62,863 nucleotides of DNA from Rhizaria sp. SCN 62-66 (lineage: Eukaryota): positions 1 through 62,863 of the forward strand of contig MEDY01000146.1 of NCBI GenBank assembly GCA_001724265.1, written 5' to 3'. Under the pieces are notes generated by a model. The model worked only from the letters and a program-made list of their open reading frames with translations, made no database searches and was not told the DNA's origin. Both the position numbers and the translations under genes were made by a program. Below, piece after piece: positions 62,554 through 62,863 of this stretch (positions within the stretch are counted from its first letter, which is position 1; the number at the start of each line of letters is the position of its first letter).

Positions 62554-62863
62554 TTCCCAGCGTCAGGCTACCAAGGACGCCGGCACCATTTCCGGCCTCA
62601 ATGTCCAGCGTATCATCAACGAGCCCACCGCCGCCGCTATCGCGTACGGCCTCGACAAGGCTTCCAAGACCGAGCAGAACGTCCTCATCTTCGACCTCGG
62701 TGGCGGCACCTTCGACGTCTCCCTCCTCTCCATCGACTCCGGTGTGTTCGAGGTCAAGTCCACCGCCGGTGACACCCACCTCGGTGGCGAGGACTTCGAC
62801 CACCGCCTCATGGACTACCTCGTCAAGGAGTTCAAGAAGAAGGAGAAGAAGGACATCACCACC
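62096..62863 (+). CDS. HSP70: Cytosolic-type HSP70, 3'-truncated by the window end (absent from the ORF track because it has no stop)
   Basis: [20 protein letters not shown]...[17 protein letters not shown]...[18 protein letters not shown]...[16 protein letters not shown]...[12 protein letters not shown]...[11 protein letters not shown]; no signal or transit peptide; strongly biased codons. Confidence 0.98.

Noticed and set aside
62036-62803. 255-aa minus-strand ORF
   Set aside because: Antisense shadow of the codon-biased HSP70 on the + strand, a well-known artefact
1-62863. CRISPR arrays, transposons, rRNA or tRNA genes (including a tRNA-CUA)
   Set aside because: No spaced direct repeats, transposase or RT motifs, terminal repeats or cloverleaf recognised by eye

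Overview
Gene-dense nuclear DNA from a eukaryotic protist. Exons are GC-rich, spacers are AT-rich, and six short GT-AG introns measure 156-184 nt. I read 11 protein-coding genes: a 5'-truncated giant (about 5,000 aa) Sushi/EGF/IPT/Cys-repeat multi-pass membrane protein; a 4-exon paladin-like triple PTP-phytase; a probably mitochondrial RCC1-repeat protein; a large disordered SP-rich protein; a giant EF-hand protein; a C-terminally short Skp1-like protein; two unknown proteins; Nup35/Nup53; HMG-CoA synthase; and a 3'-truncated cytosolic HSP70. First main signal: three genes each carry a single in-frame TAG (6156, 41558, 56127) that the reading frame runs straight through, while all ten real terminators are TAA or TGA. 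This points to UAG being a rare sense codon, decoupled from UAA. Second main signal: all ten genes whose start lies in the window have a pyrimidine tract plus YAG just upstream of the ATG, and I saw no donor of the organism's GTACG type upstream. This suggests spliced-leader trans-splicing. Two frameshifts in the giant gene fall on 4-nt homopolymers and may be sequencing errors. No rRNA, tRNA, CRISPR or transposon was recognised. All family calls come from motif recognition by eye, not from database searches.
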